A stretch of 64,000 nt of DNA, taken from positions 1,340,672-1,404,671 of the forward strand of contig NC_057756.1 in assembly GCF_004010195.1 (NCBI RefSeq). Direction: 5' to 3'. Below the pieces are notes generated by a model, which was not told the origin of the DNA, did no database searches, and worked only from the letters and a program-made list of their open reading frames with translations. Both the position numbers and the translations under genes were made by a program. Below are positions 25,863-37,850 of the stretch, one piece after another. The stretch comes from Chiloscyllium plagiosum. Its lineage: Eukaryota. The stretch's first letter is position 1. Each line of letters opens with the position of its first letter.

Positions 25863-27630
25863 TGTCACCTTAATAAGCTCCATCTAAACGGTCTGGCATT
25901 TTTTCCTTAAATCGTTCCACGAATGTCAATGGCATATGATCAGTGAATACGATTGTCTCAGATGCATTGCTCGTATTATAAGCACTGAAATGCTGTAATG
26001 CCAGCACCAAGCTTACAGTCTCTTGGTCAGTAAAAACAGAAAGAGTTGCATCCACTCTGTTTCTCTGTCAATGCCTTTTGATGCAATTGTTTTAACTTAT
26101 CATCTTTCTGTTGTAATCCAATAAGATTAACAGAGCTAAAGATACTTGCATGTTTATCTATTTGCTCCTTTTCCGTCTCATTTATCTGATCAAAAAAAAA
26201 GTATCTGATAAGGTTATTTCAGCTTCCTCATCTGTGCCTTTTGGACTCTACTAATTCAGCTTGTGCCTCTGTGACCTTGGGAAATTTCCTGCATAAACAT
26301 CCTTCACGTCTTCAGTTGTCTGCGTATCCACTGCCTTTTCAACTAGTGTAGACAGCACGCCTACCACTGAATCAGCTATATCATTTGCAAGGACAAACTA
26401 TTCCTGGAGTTGAGAGTTTGTCCACTAAGCCAACCACAAATTCTTCACTCTCCTCTGGACTCTTGAGCCTCACTTTACATGATTGAGAACTTTTTGTCTC
26501 ACCATGCATTCCTTTTGCCAGTACCTTTACCCGCTATATTCCCTCAGGAACACATGTCTTCTCACCTTTCAGCATTGCAGACTGAGAATCCTGTGTTCCT
26601 TAATATTGTCACCTCTTTACCTGCTACTCCTGGCCTATGTGAATAAACTTGACCCTTGCATGTATGTTTTCAAGCATATCTGGCATTTCTCCCTAATCAA
26701 CCTCTGATCATCTTGTACATCTGATTCAGTTGTCTAACCTCCCTTGTGCTTTTTGTTACTAGTCCAACAAAACTTCCAGGCTGGTCTGGTCTTTTCCTCA
26801 CCCACCAACACTGTGATTTTGTGTGGCCAAACTTATTTCTATCAAACACTGGAGCTTCTTAACTTGTTTGTCCTCCTCAAGGGTTTTGTTTTTACCCTGT
26901 GGAAAGTTATCCTTATGATCTTCACTGAGATCTACTTTCCCTTTCCACGTGAGGATTGCTCTTTGCACCAATTTGATTCTGGAATCCAAATCGGGTTTTA
27001 TGGACAAGCTCAGAATCATCTGCTAACCTTGCCATTTCAACTCTCTGCTCTTCCACATGAGTTTGCACTACTTCCTCGCTAAGGTGACCATTAACCTTTA
27101 TCTCCAGCCGTTTGAACTAACTTTCCTTTTTAACATCAGTTTTTGAAATTCAAAAGCTCTCTCTTTTTTCACTGCTCTCTCTGTTTCATTCTCTTCAGCT
27201 GCTCTCTCTTGTCCTCTCTGTTCTGCTGCTCTCTCCCTTTTCCCTCTCTTCTGCTATTAATCGTAAATCAAACTGTTTCACTTCTGCTGCGCTTTCCTTA
27301 TGTCTCGCATCTTACTCAAACTGCTTCATTTACAATCGAATTCTTGTTATCTCTATAGATTGCGATGGTTTCTCCAGCAAGTTTAAATGCTGAGCTACTG
27401 CTGTAATTATCTCTTCTCTCCTTACAGAAGCAGAAAGTTCCAATTCCAACTTCTCTGCTAATTCCTGCAACTTGGTCTTATTCACCTTTTCCAAAACTTG
27501 TAAAATCACCGCATCCACTCTCAGAAAACCTCTTGGCAAAAGAAAAAGCCATTATTATCCCAAGCATTGTTTACCCAACAAAACCAACACCCGATATGAA
27601 AACATTAGTACCTACCACTCGCTGTTTGAA

Positions 27631-27649
27631 ATCCCACCATGAGCCCCCA
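27631..27649 (-). promoter_or_regulatory. Primer-binding site, tRNA-Pro type
   Basis: Minus strand TGGGGGCTCATGGTGGGAT lies 3 nt inside the 5' LTR; the canonical tRNA-Pro PBS is TGGGGGCTCGTCCGGGAT. Confidence 0.8.
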
Positions 27650-28421
27650 ATCTGTTATGGACCAGGCCAGAACGTTCTTTACCAGGCAGCCCAGACTATA
27701 ACTATGCAATTCGTTTCAGTAAGTGTACAGTGAAAATTAGCCAGAGTAAGGCAGCTATGTTGACTACCAGATTTAAAACAGCCAGAAAGTTGTTCACAAA
27801 TTACACAGAATAAGGAATACTTACAAAACTCAATCTATCCAAACTGGCCTTAATTATGCTTTTCTGAATATACACAACAGTCACAACAACCAACCCCCTG
27901 AAAGACCAGTAAAAAAAAAGAACTGATGCTTTCAGGTTGGAGAACAGGTTGAAGTTAGAAAGGCAGAAAATGAGAGAGTGAGTTTCCACGCAGCTCACTG
28001 TTGAACTCCCAACTCGTTTTGGACTGGAGTACTCAGCTAGAGAGCTGATCATTCCCCTTTCATTATGCAGGGCACTTCGAAAACATGACCACTTTGGCCT
28101 GGATCTCGATTGTTTATATATAAACAAAAGGCCTTTCAATACCCTTTAATCTCTGTACCAAGCCAGTCTAATCAGAACCCGGCCCGTTTGTGACCCCTCT
28201 GCAAAAAAAAAATCAAGGACACAGTATCCTTGAGAAAAGGAACAACTTTTTTTTTTAAAAAAAGACCAGCTTTGTGACAGGAATAAAAAGTTCCACGGAA
28301 CAGGAAATTAGGTATAGCCACAAACAAGGAAGTAGATAGGATTGCTACGGTTATATTAGGTGCAATTTGATTGCAGAGCAGTCTTTGTTAATTAGAGTTA
28401 AATTTTATGTCACTGCAGTGT

Positions 28422-29750
28422 AGAACATAAAACATAGAACAGTACAGCACAGAACAGGCCGTTCAGCCCACGATGATGTGCCGACTACTGATCCTCATGT
28501 ATGCACTCTCAAATCTCTGTGACCATATGCATGTCCAGTAGTCTCTTAAATGTGCCCAATGACCTTGCTTCCACAACTGCTGCTGGCAACGCATTCCATG
28601 CTCTCACAACTCTCTGTGTAAAGAACCCGCCTGTGACATCCCCTCTATATTTTCCTCCACCCCGCTTAAAACTATGACCCCTTGTGTTAGTCATTTCTGC
28701 CATGGGAAATAGTCTCTGGCTATCAACTCTATCTATGCCTCTCATTATCTTGTATACCTCAATTAGGTCCCCTCTCCTCCTTCTTTTCTCCAATGAAAAA
28801 GGTCCGGGCTCAGTCAACCTCTCTTCATCGGATAAGCCCTCCAGTCAAGGCAGCATCCTGGTAAACCTCTTCTGAACCCTCTCCAAGCATCCACATCTTT
28901 CCTATAATAGGGTGACCAGAATTGGACGCAGTATTCCAAGTGAGGTCTAACCAAAGTTTTATCGAGCTCTCACGACTCTTAAACTCAATCCCCCTGTTAA
29001 TGAAAGCCAAAACACCATATGCTTTCTTAAAAGCCAAAACACCATATGCTTTCTTAACAACCCTGTCCACTTGGGTGGCCATTTTAAGGGACCTTTGTAC
29101 CTGCACACCAAGATCCCTCTGTTCCTCCACACTGCCAAGAATCCTATCCTTAATCCTGTACGCAGCTTTCAAATTCGACCTTCCAAAATGCATCACCTCG
29201 CATTTATCCAGGTTAAACTCCAACTGCCACCTCTCAGCCCATCTCTGTATCCTGTCAATGTCCCGCTGCAGCCTACAACAGCCCTCTATACTGTCAACGA
29301 CACCTACAACCTTTGTGTCGTCTGCAAACTTGCTGACCCATCCTTCAATCCCCTCATCCAAGTCATTAATAAAAATTACAAACAGTAGAGGCCCAAGGAC
29401 AGAGCCCTGTGGATCACCATTCACCACAGACTTCCAGGCAGAATACCTTCCTTCTACTACCACTCGCTGTCTTCTGTTGGGCAGCCAATTCTGTATCCAG
29501 ACAGCTACGTCCCCCTGTATCCCATTCCTCCTGACCTTCTGAATGAGCCTACCATGGGGAACCTTATCAAATGCCTTACTGAAGTTCATATACACCACAT
29601 CCACAGCTCGACCCTCATCAACCTTTCTAGTCTCATCCTCAAATAACTCGATAAGGTTTGTGAGCATGACCTGCCCCTCACAAAGCCGTGTTGACTGCAT
29701 TTAATCAAGCCAGGCTCTTCCAGATGATCATAAATCCTATCCCTCAGAAT
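28422..29750 (-). mobile_element. Relatively young 5'-truncated CR1 LINE with RT domain
   Basis: ORF 28825-29700 contains FSKAFDKVPH, PQGSVLGPLLFVIFINDL and SKFADDTK. ORF 28509-28817 is the C-terminus. agaacataaaacatagaac tail; frameshifted. Confidence 0.97.
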
Positions 29751-29924
29751 GTATAATGTAGAATGTATAATATTGAAGTGATTGCATCTAATTCATTATG
29801 GTCAAGTAGATTGATCAATAATCATCAACAACAAAGAAACCTCTCTAGATATAGCAATGTAGTCTCTTAAAATAATTTTCATAAATAACACATTCGCACC
29901 TGAGTTTAAATTTGTCATCAACAT

Positions 29925-30070
29925 CCTCTCTTTTTCCCCACACACTCCCTGGAGTTCCACAGAAGGGTGCACGCTAAACTCCCCCCTTCCACAGATAATC
30001 TGACCAACATTGTCCTGTGCAGGGCAACGGTGGAACCTGTCAAAAAGTTTCAGTAAAAACTTGTGTGTGT
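29925..30070 (+). repeat. Internal fragment of the Tigger-like MITE family
   Basis: Homologous to 31155-31298 (ccctggag..c..cagaagggtg...ggtggaacctgtcaaaaagtttcagtaaaaa). Confidence 0.85.
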
Positions 30071-30435
30071 GTTCGCTAAACGTCCTCATTCCATTCATCG
30101 ACACAGGCGATGCATGAATGGAGGAGCAAAAGCAAGCCACGCCAATGACTTGAAGACCTGTGAGTGTAGAGAGTTGATTGCAGCCAAACCAAATTTTGAA
30201 GATCAGGAAGACTGCAGTCAAGAGGCGATTGGTTGTTTTCCATTTGTTGATTTTATGAATATGGAGTGAAAAAGAACTTGAGTTGTGTATCAATTAGCAT
30301 TCTTAAGTCTGCAATGTCAGGTCGACATGTAATCGACTGCAGATTGTATTACTTTGGGATTACTTCAAGACAATCCGTCAATGGCTGAAAGATACATTTT
30401 TGGGTCATCAAAATGAAGAGCGGAAGTGATGCTAT

Positions 30436-30482
30436 AATAATAATAATGATGATAATAATAATAGATGCAATAACACTAATAA
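30436..30482. repeat. Imperfect (AAT)n microsatellite
   Basis: Directly visible. Confidence 0.85.
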
Positions 30483-30759
30483 CAATCTATGCATTAACTT
30501 TAACACAGATGCGATAGATGTTTTAAGCAAAGATTAGCATTTTGGGATACTTTCCAAACCACTTGAGCGATTACTTGTTTTACGCTCAGCATAAGCCAGA
30601 AGAACGACATCTCAGTTGTCACATATGAAATCTGCAGTCTTCTGGACACAACATCAAGTTCAGCAATTTTAGGGTTTGAGTACCCTCTCTCATGTACAAC
30701 GCCCAGATATCAGTCCTTGTAATCACATCGGTTGCTACCACATACAACCCATTGGAAGC

Positions 30760-31000
30760 TATTTGTTTTTCCATTCGCAGATATCCATTCTCCCAGCTTG
30801 ATCTTTATCATTCCTTTGTCTGTCCAACTATTTTGCTCTATCTCTGGGCTCTATCAACACTTACCATTTAATACTCCGCCCTTCCCAAACCCAAATTCTG
30901 AATAACTATCAACATTTTCATAGTCGTATCATTGGACCCAAAAAGTTAACTCTGATTTCTTACCACAGATCTTGCCAGACTGGCTGAGTTTTTCCAGCAA
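30760..31000 (+). repeat. Decayed Penelope-type terminal repeat, abutting the MITE
   Basis: cattggacccaaaaagttaactctgatttcttaccacagatcttgccagactggctgagtttttccagcaat. Confidence 0.6.
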
Positions 31001-31004
31001 TATA

Positions 31005-31625
31005 CAGAGGAATCTTGATTATCTGAATACCAATTATCCGAAGGAGATCTCGAGGCTCCGATAGAAATATCGCATCAAATATGTGTTTCCAACAGTGATT
31101 ACATCTTTTGTTTACAGTGATTACACAGGTACCGTCTCCAAATGGCTGCACGTTCTCTCTTTCTCCCCACACTTTCCCTGGAGATCTGCAGAAGGGTGTA
31201 CCATAAACTGCCCCCTTCCCCAGAAAATCTGACCGACATTATCCTGTACAGGGCAAAGGTGGAACCTGTCAAAAAGTTTCAGTAAAAAGTCGTGTGTTTG
31301 GCTGTGGATATTAACCCCACAAAAGCAGCTACAACAGTCTTCTTATTGGTGTCCAGTCTAGCTGCCCCGGAGGGGGGCGGGTGGAGGGCGGTGTTGGATG
31401 TGGTTCGGGTGGGGGGATGTTGGGGGCTGTGTTGGGGGTGGGGGTGGTGTTGCACGGGGTTGGGAGCTGGGGGTGGGCTGTGTGCTGCTGGGGTCTACTG
31501 AACGGGGAGCAGACTTCAAAAATTCCGAGGCCCAGAGAAAAGGAATTTAATTGGTTGACCAAATATTCGAATATCCGAACGAAATAGTGTCCACCCATCA
31601 CGTTCAGATAATCGAGGTTCCCCTG
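31005..31625. mobile_element. Tc1/mariner-superfamily (Tigger/pogo-like) MITE
   Basis: TIRs CAGAGGAATCTTGATTATCTGAA and (reverse complement) CAGGGGAACCTCGATTATCTGAA, TA on both flanks (31003-4, 31626-7), no transposase. Confidence 0.9.
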
Positions 31626-31909
31626 TATCTTCTTGTGATTGGCCTAACGTTTATATATTTTTTTAAAAAACCCGTCTTTCTTCAACTATTTTACATTAAG
31701 GCTGTTCTGTGTGTTCCATCTCAATTTATTTCCACGACTAGTTTTCCACATCACTGTTCATTGCATAAAGCCTGTTCTCTTGGCTTGTTGCTTTTCATAG
31801 AAGGAGAGGGTAATGGGCACACTGGATTATGGAATTTTAGATTCTATTTGAAGGTAATTGTGTTGCTTCTATTGATGGTTTGCCACACATCATATACACA
31901 GATGTTGAT

Positions 31910-31915
<6 letters not shown>

Positions 31916-31940
<25 letters not shown>
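31916..31940. repeat. (AC)n microsatellite
   Basis: Directly visible. Confidence 0.95.
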
Positions 31941-34364
31941 TTATTGTTAGTGTCATGATGGGATCAAGTGTCCCTAAAAATTCTGCAGTGATTGTTCCTG
32001 TGGTTACTCTCTCCAGTAGAGTAATCGGCTAGGTCACTTTTTGACCTAAGTGAGTACCTTATTAGCTGATGCAAGCGTAATCTGATCAACAGCTGATTGC
32101 AATCTCAAGCAGTTTTTGACTATGTTACTAAGCGACTATTGCTATGTTAAGTGGAGAACCAAACCTAGATTCAATTTTTGTCCTTGGCAACTATATTGCT
32201 GCAGAGCATTGTCAATGACTGATAATAGGAATGAATCAACAGAATTCCTTGTGTATGATTGCATGATGATCTGAGATGTCGCATAGCCTGACTTCAATGT
32301 TGAGTATTCCCTGGCCAAATGCATCTGCATGTATATCATGGTAGCATTGTCAATGATGTCACTAAGCAGCATCGGCAGGCTTTGGAGCTAGCAAAAACAA
32401 ATACAGTCATATTAAACAAGATACTGCAAATGAAGATCTGGTAGCTTCGAAAAAAAAGTAAGCTGATCCATAACGTCATTAATTGCCAAAGTACTTCCTG
32501 TAGCTTACACGATTGAGTATAGACTTAATTGCAGAGGACAGCTAAATCTTTTCAGGGCTGTGGCTTTATATTCCTGGCATTTGAGTTTGTCATTTCGATA
32601 TTGGTTATGAACAGAGCGAAAGGTTTGCACTTGAACAAATACAGAAGATGTATCCTTGCTGGAGATGCGTTAATGCCATTCGAAACAGTTTACCCAGCTT
32701 GGAAGAGTTGCAGATAACAGTGACATACAAGTGAGCAAAATTGTATTGCACAGAAGATTACAAAATACAGAAGCTACTGCTGTACAAGAATAACAGTAAC
32801 AAATGTTGGTTCAGGGTAAGTAGAAATGAATTTAGGCATCCATTATCTTTGTACAGAATGAAATAAAAAGTATGAACATTGTCTCAGCTACCAAACCGTA
32901 TCATTTGCTGCGTTGATAATGTGTAAGAAACAAGCATAGGAACTCCTGCGTTAAAAAAAATCGGAAATTAATATGAATGAAAAATGTCTACAGATACCTG
33001 TAATGCCAATTGCATAATACGTTCATGAGTAAGTCTATATATTGAAAGTTATTAGGAATGAAATAAAATCGTGAACATCTTCTGGAAACTCTAAGGCTTC
33101 AATGGAAAGTAGGAAAATTAATTTTGCAATTATAATAGAATTAAGGTACTTGAGGAAGTAAGTGAGAACATGCAAAACGTTCAATTCATCTTCATGAGAT
33201 CTTACATAATCACAAAACGCCGTAATTCTAATAACTGCATGGTAGCAGTTTGCCTGATGCAGTTTGCTTACCTAACTCCTTTTGTTGCAGGAGGGATTCT
33301 ATAAGAAGCAAGGTAGAAAACCATGAAAAGGTGTCTGGCCCCACTCTAACCCATTAAACCGTTTGAAAGTAAGCAATTAAATCACATTTTCATTCAGCAG
33401 TATATAATCTGTTATAACCTCCTGATTTGCCATAAGTTTTGCTTTTTGCTTATTTATACATTGTTCCTGAAGTTTGATAGTTGATTCCACATTTTTGTTT
33501 TGTTAATTATGGAAACTGGGACCCTCTATGCATTTTTCTTTCTCGTTGAAATACATCAGTCTTATGAATTCTGAAATAACTTCTTGAATATCTACCAGTG
33601 ATTTTTTTATTGACTCGCCTAAACGTAACTTGCAGGCACTCTTTGACTGGTTGCTTTTCAACTTCCTCAGAATTTCCTTTATTTAAAACTCACAAAACTC
33701 ACTTTCTTAAAGAAAAAAAAACTAGTCCTGGTCCCAGCCTTCTCTATTCAATATGAAATGAAAAATGCAAATGTAACAAGATTTCTGCTACCTCAGGCTA
33801 CCTTCATTATTACTTCATTAACTACACCCGTCGCTTTGCACAATATCAAGAGCAATGCAGTTGATAGCGAGCACAGATAACACAGCAAAATCTCAATCGG
33901 TACAGCAACACCAAAGAAAGAAAAACAGTGTTAGCATTTTGAGTTTGTTTTTTTTTTACACATAGAATTGTTGGAAAATCATTTCCTTTATATTTTGAAC
34001 AGAGTTTCAGTTGGACCAAGGGAAACATGACTTGTATGTCAAATGAAAAAGACAAAACGGTGCTAATTGTGGGAAAATGAAGTAAAACAAAAGAGTACAG
34101 ATTAACCAGTAAAACAGGGATAATTTATCCACTCAGCTGAGTGCTCTGTAACAAGTGAAGTAGGAGTGGAGGGGCAAGGGGACACGAGCAGGACTTGGAG
34201 GAGAATGGTGCAACAAACACAGGAAAGATGTCATAAGGTCAGGCTATGAAGTTGTGAAATTCAATATTACATCCGAGAGGTTGCAAAGTGCCAAAGTGAA
34301 CACAGAGTTATGGCCATCGGTATGTTATTATCCTTCCTTGGAAGATTGTAACTGGTCCAGAACA

Positions 34365-37300
34365 AGAACAACAGAACAAAGCAGAACTCTAGCACATGAA
34401 CAGACCTTCATCCCAACAAGGCTGTGTCGATCATCATGCCCAACTAAATTTAAAAAAAGGCACTCTACCCTTATTCACTCTATATCCCACTATTCTCTCC
34501 TTATTCATGTAACCATCCAGAAGCCACTCAAATATCGCTAACATGCATGCTTCCACTAATCATAGAGTCATGGAGATGCACAGAGCAGAAACAAACCCTT
34601 CAGTCCAACTCGTCCCGATATCCGAAAGTAATATATTGTCATTTACCAGCACTTGGCCCATGGCCTTCGAAACCCTTCCTATTTTTGTAACATCCAGGTG
34701 CCTTTTAAATGTTATAATTGCCTCCACCACATCCTCTGGCAGTTCATTTTAGATACGCACTGCCCTTTGCATGAAAAGGCTACACCTTAATCGCCTTTTT
34801 AATCATTCCACTTTTACCCTAAACCTATACTCTCTAGTTATGGACTCCCCAACCCAGAGAAAATATATTGTCTATTTATACTTTCCATGCACCTCTTGAT
34901 TTTAGAAATCTGAGCCTCCGACGCTCCAGGGAAAACAACCGCAGCCTATTCAGCCTCTCTCAATAGCTCAAATATTCCAACAATGGTAATATTCTTGCAA
35001 ATCTTTTCGAACATCTTGAATTTTCACAACATCCTTTCTGGGGGAGAGAGACCAGAAACGTGCACAATTATCCCAAAATGTCCTCAACAGCCACCACATG
35101 ACCGTCAAACCCTATATTCCATACTCTGACCAATAATGGAAAGCATACAATACGCGTACTCACTATTCAAATACCTGAGACTCCACTTCCAAGAACTTTG
35201 AACCAGTGCTCCAAGGTGTCTTTGTTCATCAGCACTCCCCAGGGTATTACCATTAATTGGATAGGTTCTGCCTTGATTTACTCCCAAAGTGCAGCACCTC
35301 ACATCTAGCTAAGCTAAACTCTATCCACCGCTACTTTTCCCGTTGGCCCATCTGATCAAAATTCAATTCTGGCAGTGTGCGTGATGCTCCTAAAATTCTC
35401 TGCGTGAAAGAATTTCCTCACACATCTCCCTTCAACCTTCCCTGTCTTATATTAAACCTGTGTCCGCTTGTAATTGAAACGTCAACCCTGGGAAAAAAAG
35501 CCTCTGACTATCCACCCTATCCATGCCTCCCATAAATTTGTTGACCTCTATCAGGTCTCCTCTCAGCTTCCATCTTTCCAGTGAAAACTATCTTAGTATT
35601 TTTAACATCTCTTTGTAGCCAATACCCTTGAGAAATGGCAACACCCTGGTGAATCTTCTCTGCACACTTGTCAAAACTTCACCCACTTTACTGGTAACGT
35701 GACAAAACAGCTAACAAAACTCCAAATGTGGCCTAACATGGGTTTTATATAGCTGCAACATGGTTGCCAACTCTTATGCTGCATGCCCAGGCCAATGAAG
35801 GCAAACATGACATATGCCTTCTTAATCACTTTAGCCACTTGTATTGACACTTTTAAGGAACTGTAGACCGTCACACCCAGTTATGTCTGTACGTTAATAT
35901 TCTGAAGTGTTCTGCCAATTACAGTACAATTCACAATGAAATTTGATCAGACAAAATGCATCACTTCGCATTTGTCTGGATTAAATTCCATCTGCCATTT
36001 TTGTGCCCAAGTTGCGAATCTAACTATATCCTGTTGTATCCTTTCACAATTATCAGCACAATCAGAAACTCCCCCAATCATTGTGACATCTGCAAACCTA
36101 CTAATTAGATCACTGACATTTTCCTTCAGATCATTTGTATATACTACAAACAAGAAAATATCTAAGGCTGACCCCTGTGGCTCGACAATAGTTGCCAGTC
36201 TCCTTTGTGAAAAATAAAATCCTTCCACTGCTACCCTTTGTTTTCTACTACCAAGCCAGTAATCATCCAACTAGTCGGCACACCTGAATCACATGTGATT
36301 ATAATTTTCGTTCCATCTGCAACGTGGGACTTTTTCAAATGCTTTACTAAAGTCCATATAAAGTATAGCTATGGCCATTCATTCATCATTACTGTTGCAA
36401 CATCTGAAAAGCATTTTTTTCAGTTTGATGAGACATGACACGCTCCATACAAAGTCATGCTGCCTGTCATTAACTAGTTAATTTTCTTCCAAATGTGCAT
36501 ATATCTTGTCACACAATATCTTGTTCAAGAGCTCCTGTACCACAGACATCAGATTTACTGGCCTAAGATTTCCTGGCTTATCCCTGCTTCGTTTCTTATA
36601 CAAGGGAGCGATATTGACGAATCTCAAGTCCTCTGGAACCTCGCCTGTAGTCCAAGAAGGCATGAAGATATCTTCTAATGCCCCATCTGATTTTCTCTTA
36701 CCTTGCACAGTAGCCTGGGATATATCCTACCTGATCCTGGGTACTTCTCTTCCTCAATGCAACTTAGGAAACCCAAGATTTCCTCCTTCGATATAATTAC
36801 ATTCTCAATCTATTCACATAGTCATCCCTGACCTCAGCCTCAGTCATGCCCATCTCCTTGCTGAATACTGATATAAAGTCCTAATTAGAGATCTCTCACC
36901 TTCCTGTCGCTCCGTGTGTAATATCCCTCCTTTGTCCTTGAGTGAGAGCGTTATCTTTTCATTGCTACCCTCGAATTTCTAAATTATGCATGAAAGGCCT
37001 CGTCATTTTCTTTGATCCCGTTTACTAAAAACAAGTCATGGTCCCTTTAAGCCTTCCTAATTCTGCATTTAAGTTCCTTCCTAATTTCTTCGTATTCCTC
37101 AAGGGCTTCCTCAGTTTGCAGCTGCCTAAACCTATCGTTTGTTTTCTTCTTCCTTTTGACTAAGCTTACAATTTCCCTTGTCATCCAAGGTTCCTGTATC
37201 ATGCGATTCCTTTCCTTCCTTTTTTTTTTAGGGACATACATTTCTTGCACTTTAATCAAATGGTCTTTAAAAACCTTGCACACCTCAGACGGAGATTTGT

Positions 37301-37850
37301 CCTCAAACAATTGCTCACAATCCACATTCCCCAGTTCTTGTCTAATTTGGTTTTCATTCGTTCTTGCCCAATTAAGCACTCTCATCTGAGAGTTAGTCAG
37401 GTCCTTGCCCATGACTACTCAAACTCTGATGGAGTTTTGGTCACTAAGCCCGAAATGCTATCCTACTAAAACCGCAATCTCCTGTCCTGGCTCATTCCCT
37501 AGTACTAAGTCAAGCATGGCGTCCTTTCTAGTTGGATTGTCAACATATTCTCTCATAAAACCCTCCTGCACACATCTAACAAATTGATCTTCAACCGAGC
37601 TCCTGGCTCGAAGGGAGTCCCAATCTGTAAGAGGAATGTTGAAGTCACCCACCACAATTACCCTGTTTTTTTCACACCTTTCCAGTTTCTGACGACACAT
37701 CTGCCCTCTGTCTCCCGTGGGTTGTTGGGAGATCCTCACAAGATTCCCAACATTATGATTTCACCCTTCCTATTCCTAAACTCCACCCATAATGCCTCAC
37801 TGAAAGATCCCTCCAATGTGTCTCCCTAATCACAGTTGTGATGTGATCCC
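34365..37850 (-). mobile_element. Long decayed CR1 LINE (endonuclease through RT and tail)
   Basis: ORFs 37458-37739 (VIVVGDFN, NPTRKDAMLDLVLGNEPGQ), 37047-37412, 36478-36708 (KPGNLRPVNL), 35947-36270 (PQGSAL, FADVT) and 35671-35874. Confidence 0.93.
34558..35365 (-). mobile_element. Second CR1 3' fragment nested in the 34365-37850 CR1
   Basis: Has its own tail (aatcatagagtcatggagatg...aacccttcagtccaac) and repeats the ORF2 C-terminal region. The host resumes at ctggcagtg near 35370. Confidence 0.8.

Larger units (their letters stand above)
22734..28279 (-). mobile_element. Gmr1-like Ty3/Gypsy element B: both LTRs, gag/protease remnants, RNase H end; IN and RT deleted
   Basis: 5' LTR at 27653-28279. 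3' LTR at 22734-25306, split by PLE and CR1 inserts. TG...CA ends and a GGAA 4-bp TSD (22730-22733, 28280-28283). PPT at 25307-25313. Gag ORF 27330-27539. RNase H ORFs 25870-26055 (VFTDHMPLTF) and 25443 (VAGRENLIADAL). Confidence 0.92.

Noticed and set aside
28922..29542. 206-aa plus-strand ORF and similar antisense ORFs over LINEs
   Set aside because: Antisense shadows of CR1 RT, not genes.
31105..31172. FGDGTCVITVN in ORF 30960-31172(-), resembling an IgNAR/TCR J segment
   Set aside because: It lies inside the TIR-bounded MITE, has an extra residue relative to the J motif, and has no upstream RSS or downstream splice donor.
29925..31300. Duplicated block that looked like tandem exons (tttttgacag acceptor on the minus strand)
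   Set aside because: Explained as internal sequence of the Tigger-like MITE family.
32165..32387. Minus-strand open segment after a good acceptor (LQSLPMLLSDIIDNATM...), faintly like growth hormone/prolactin helix 1
   Set aside because: Weak donor, no conserved Cys pattern or partner exons, and phase incompatible with the candidate at 38096-38273.
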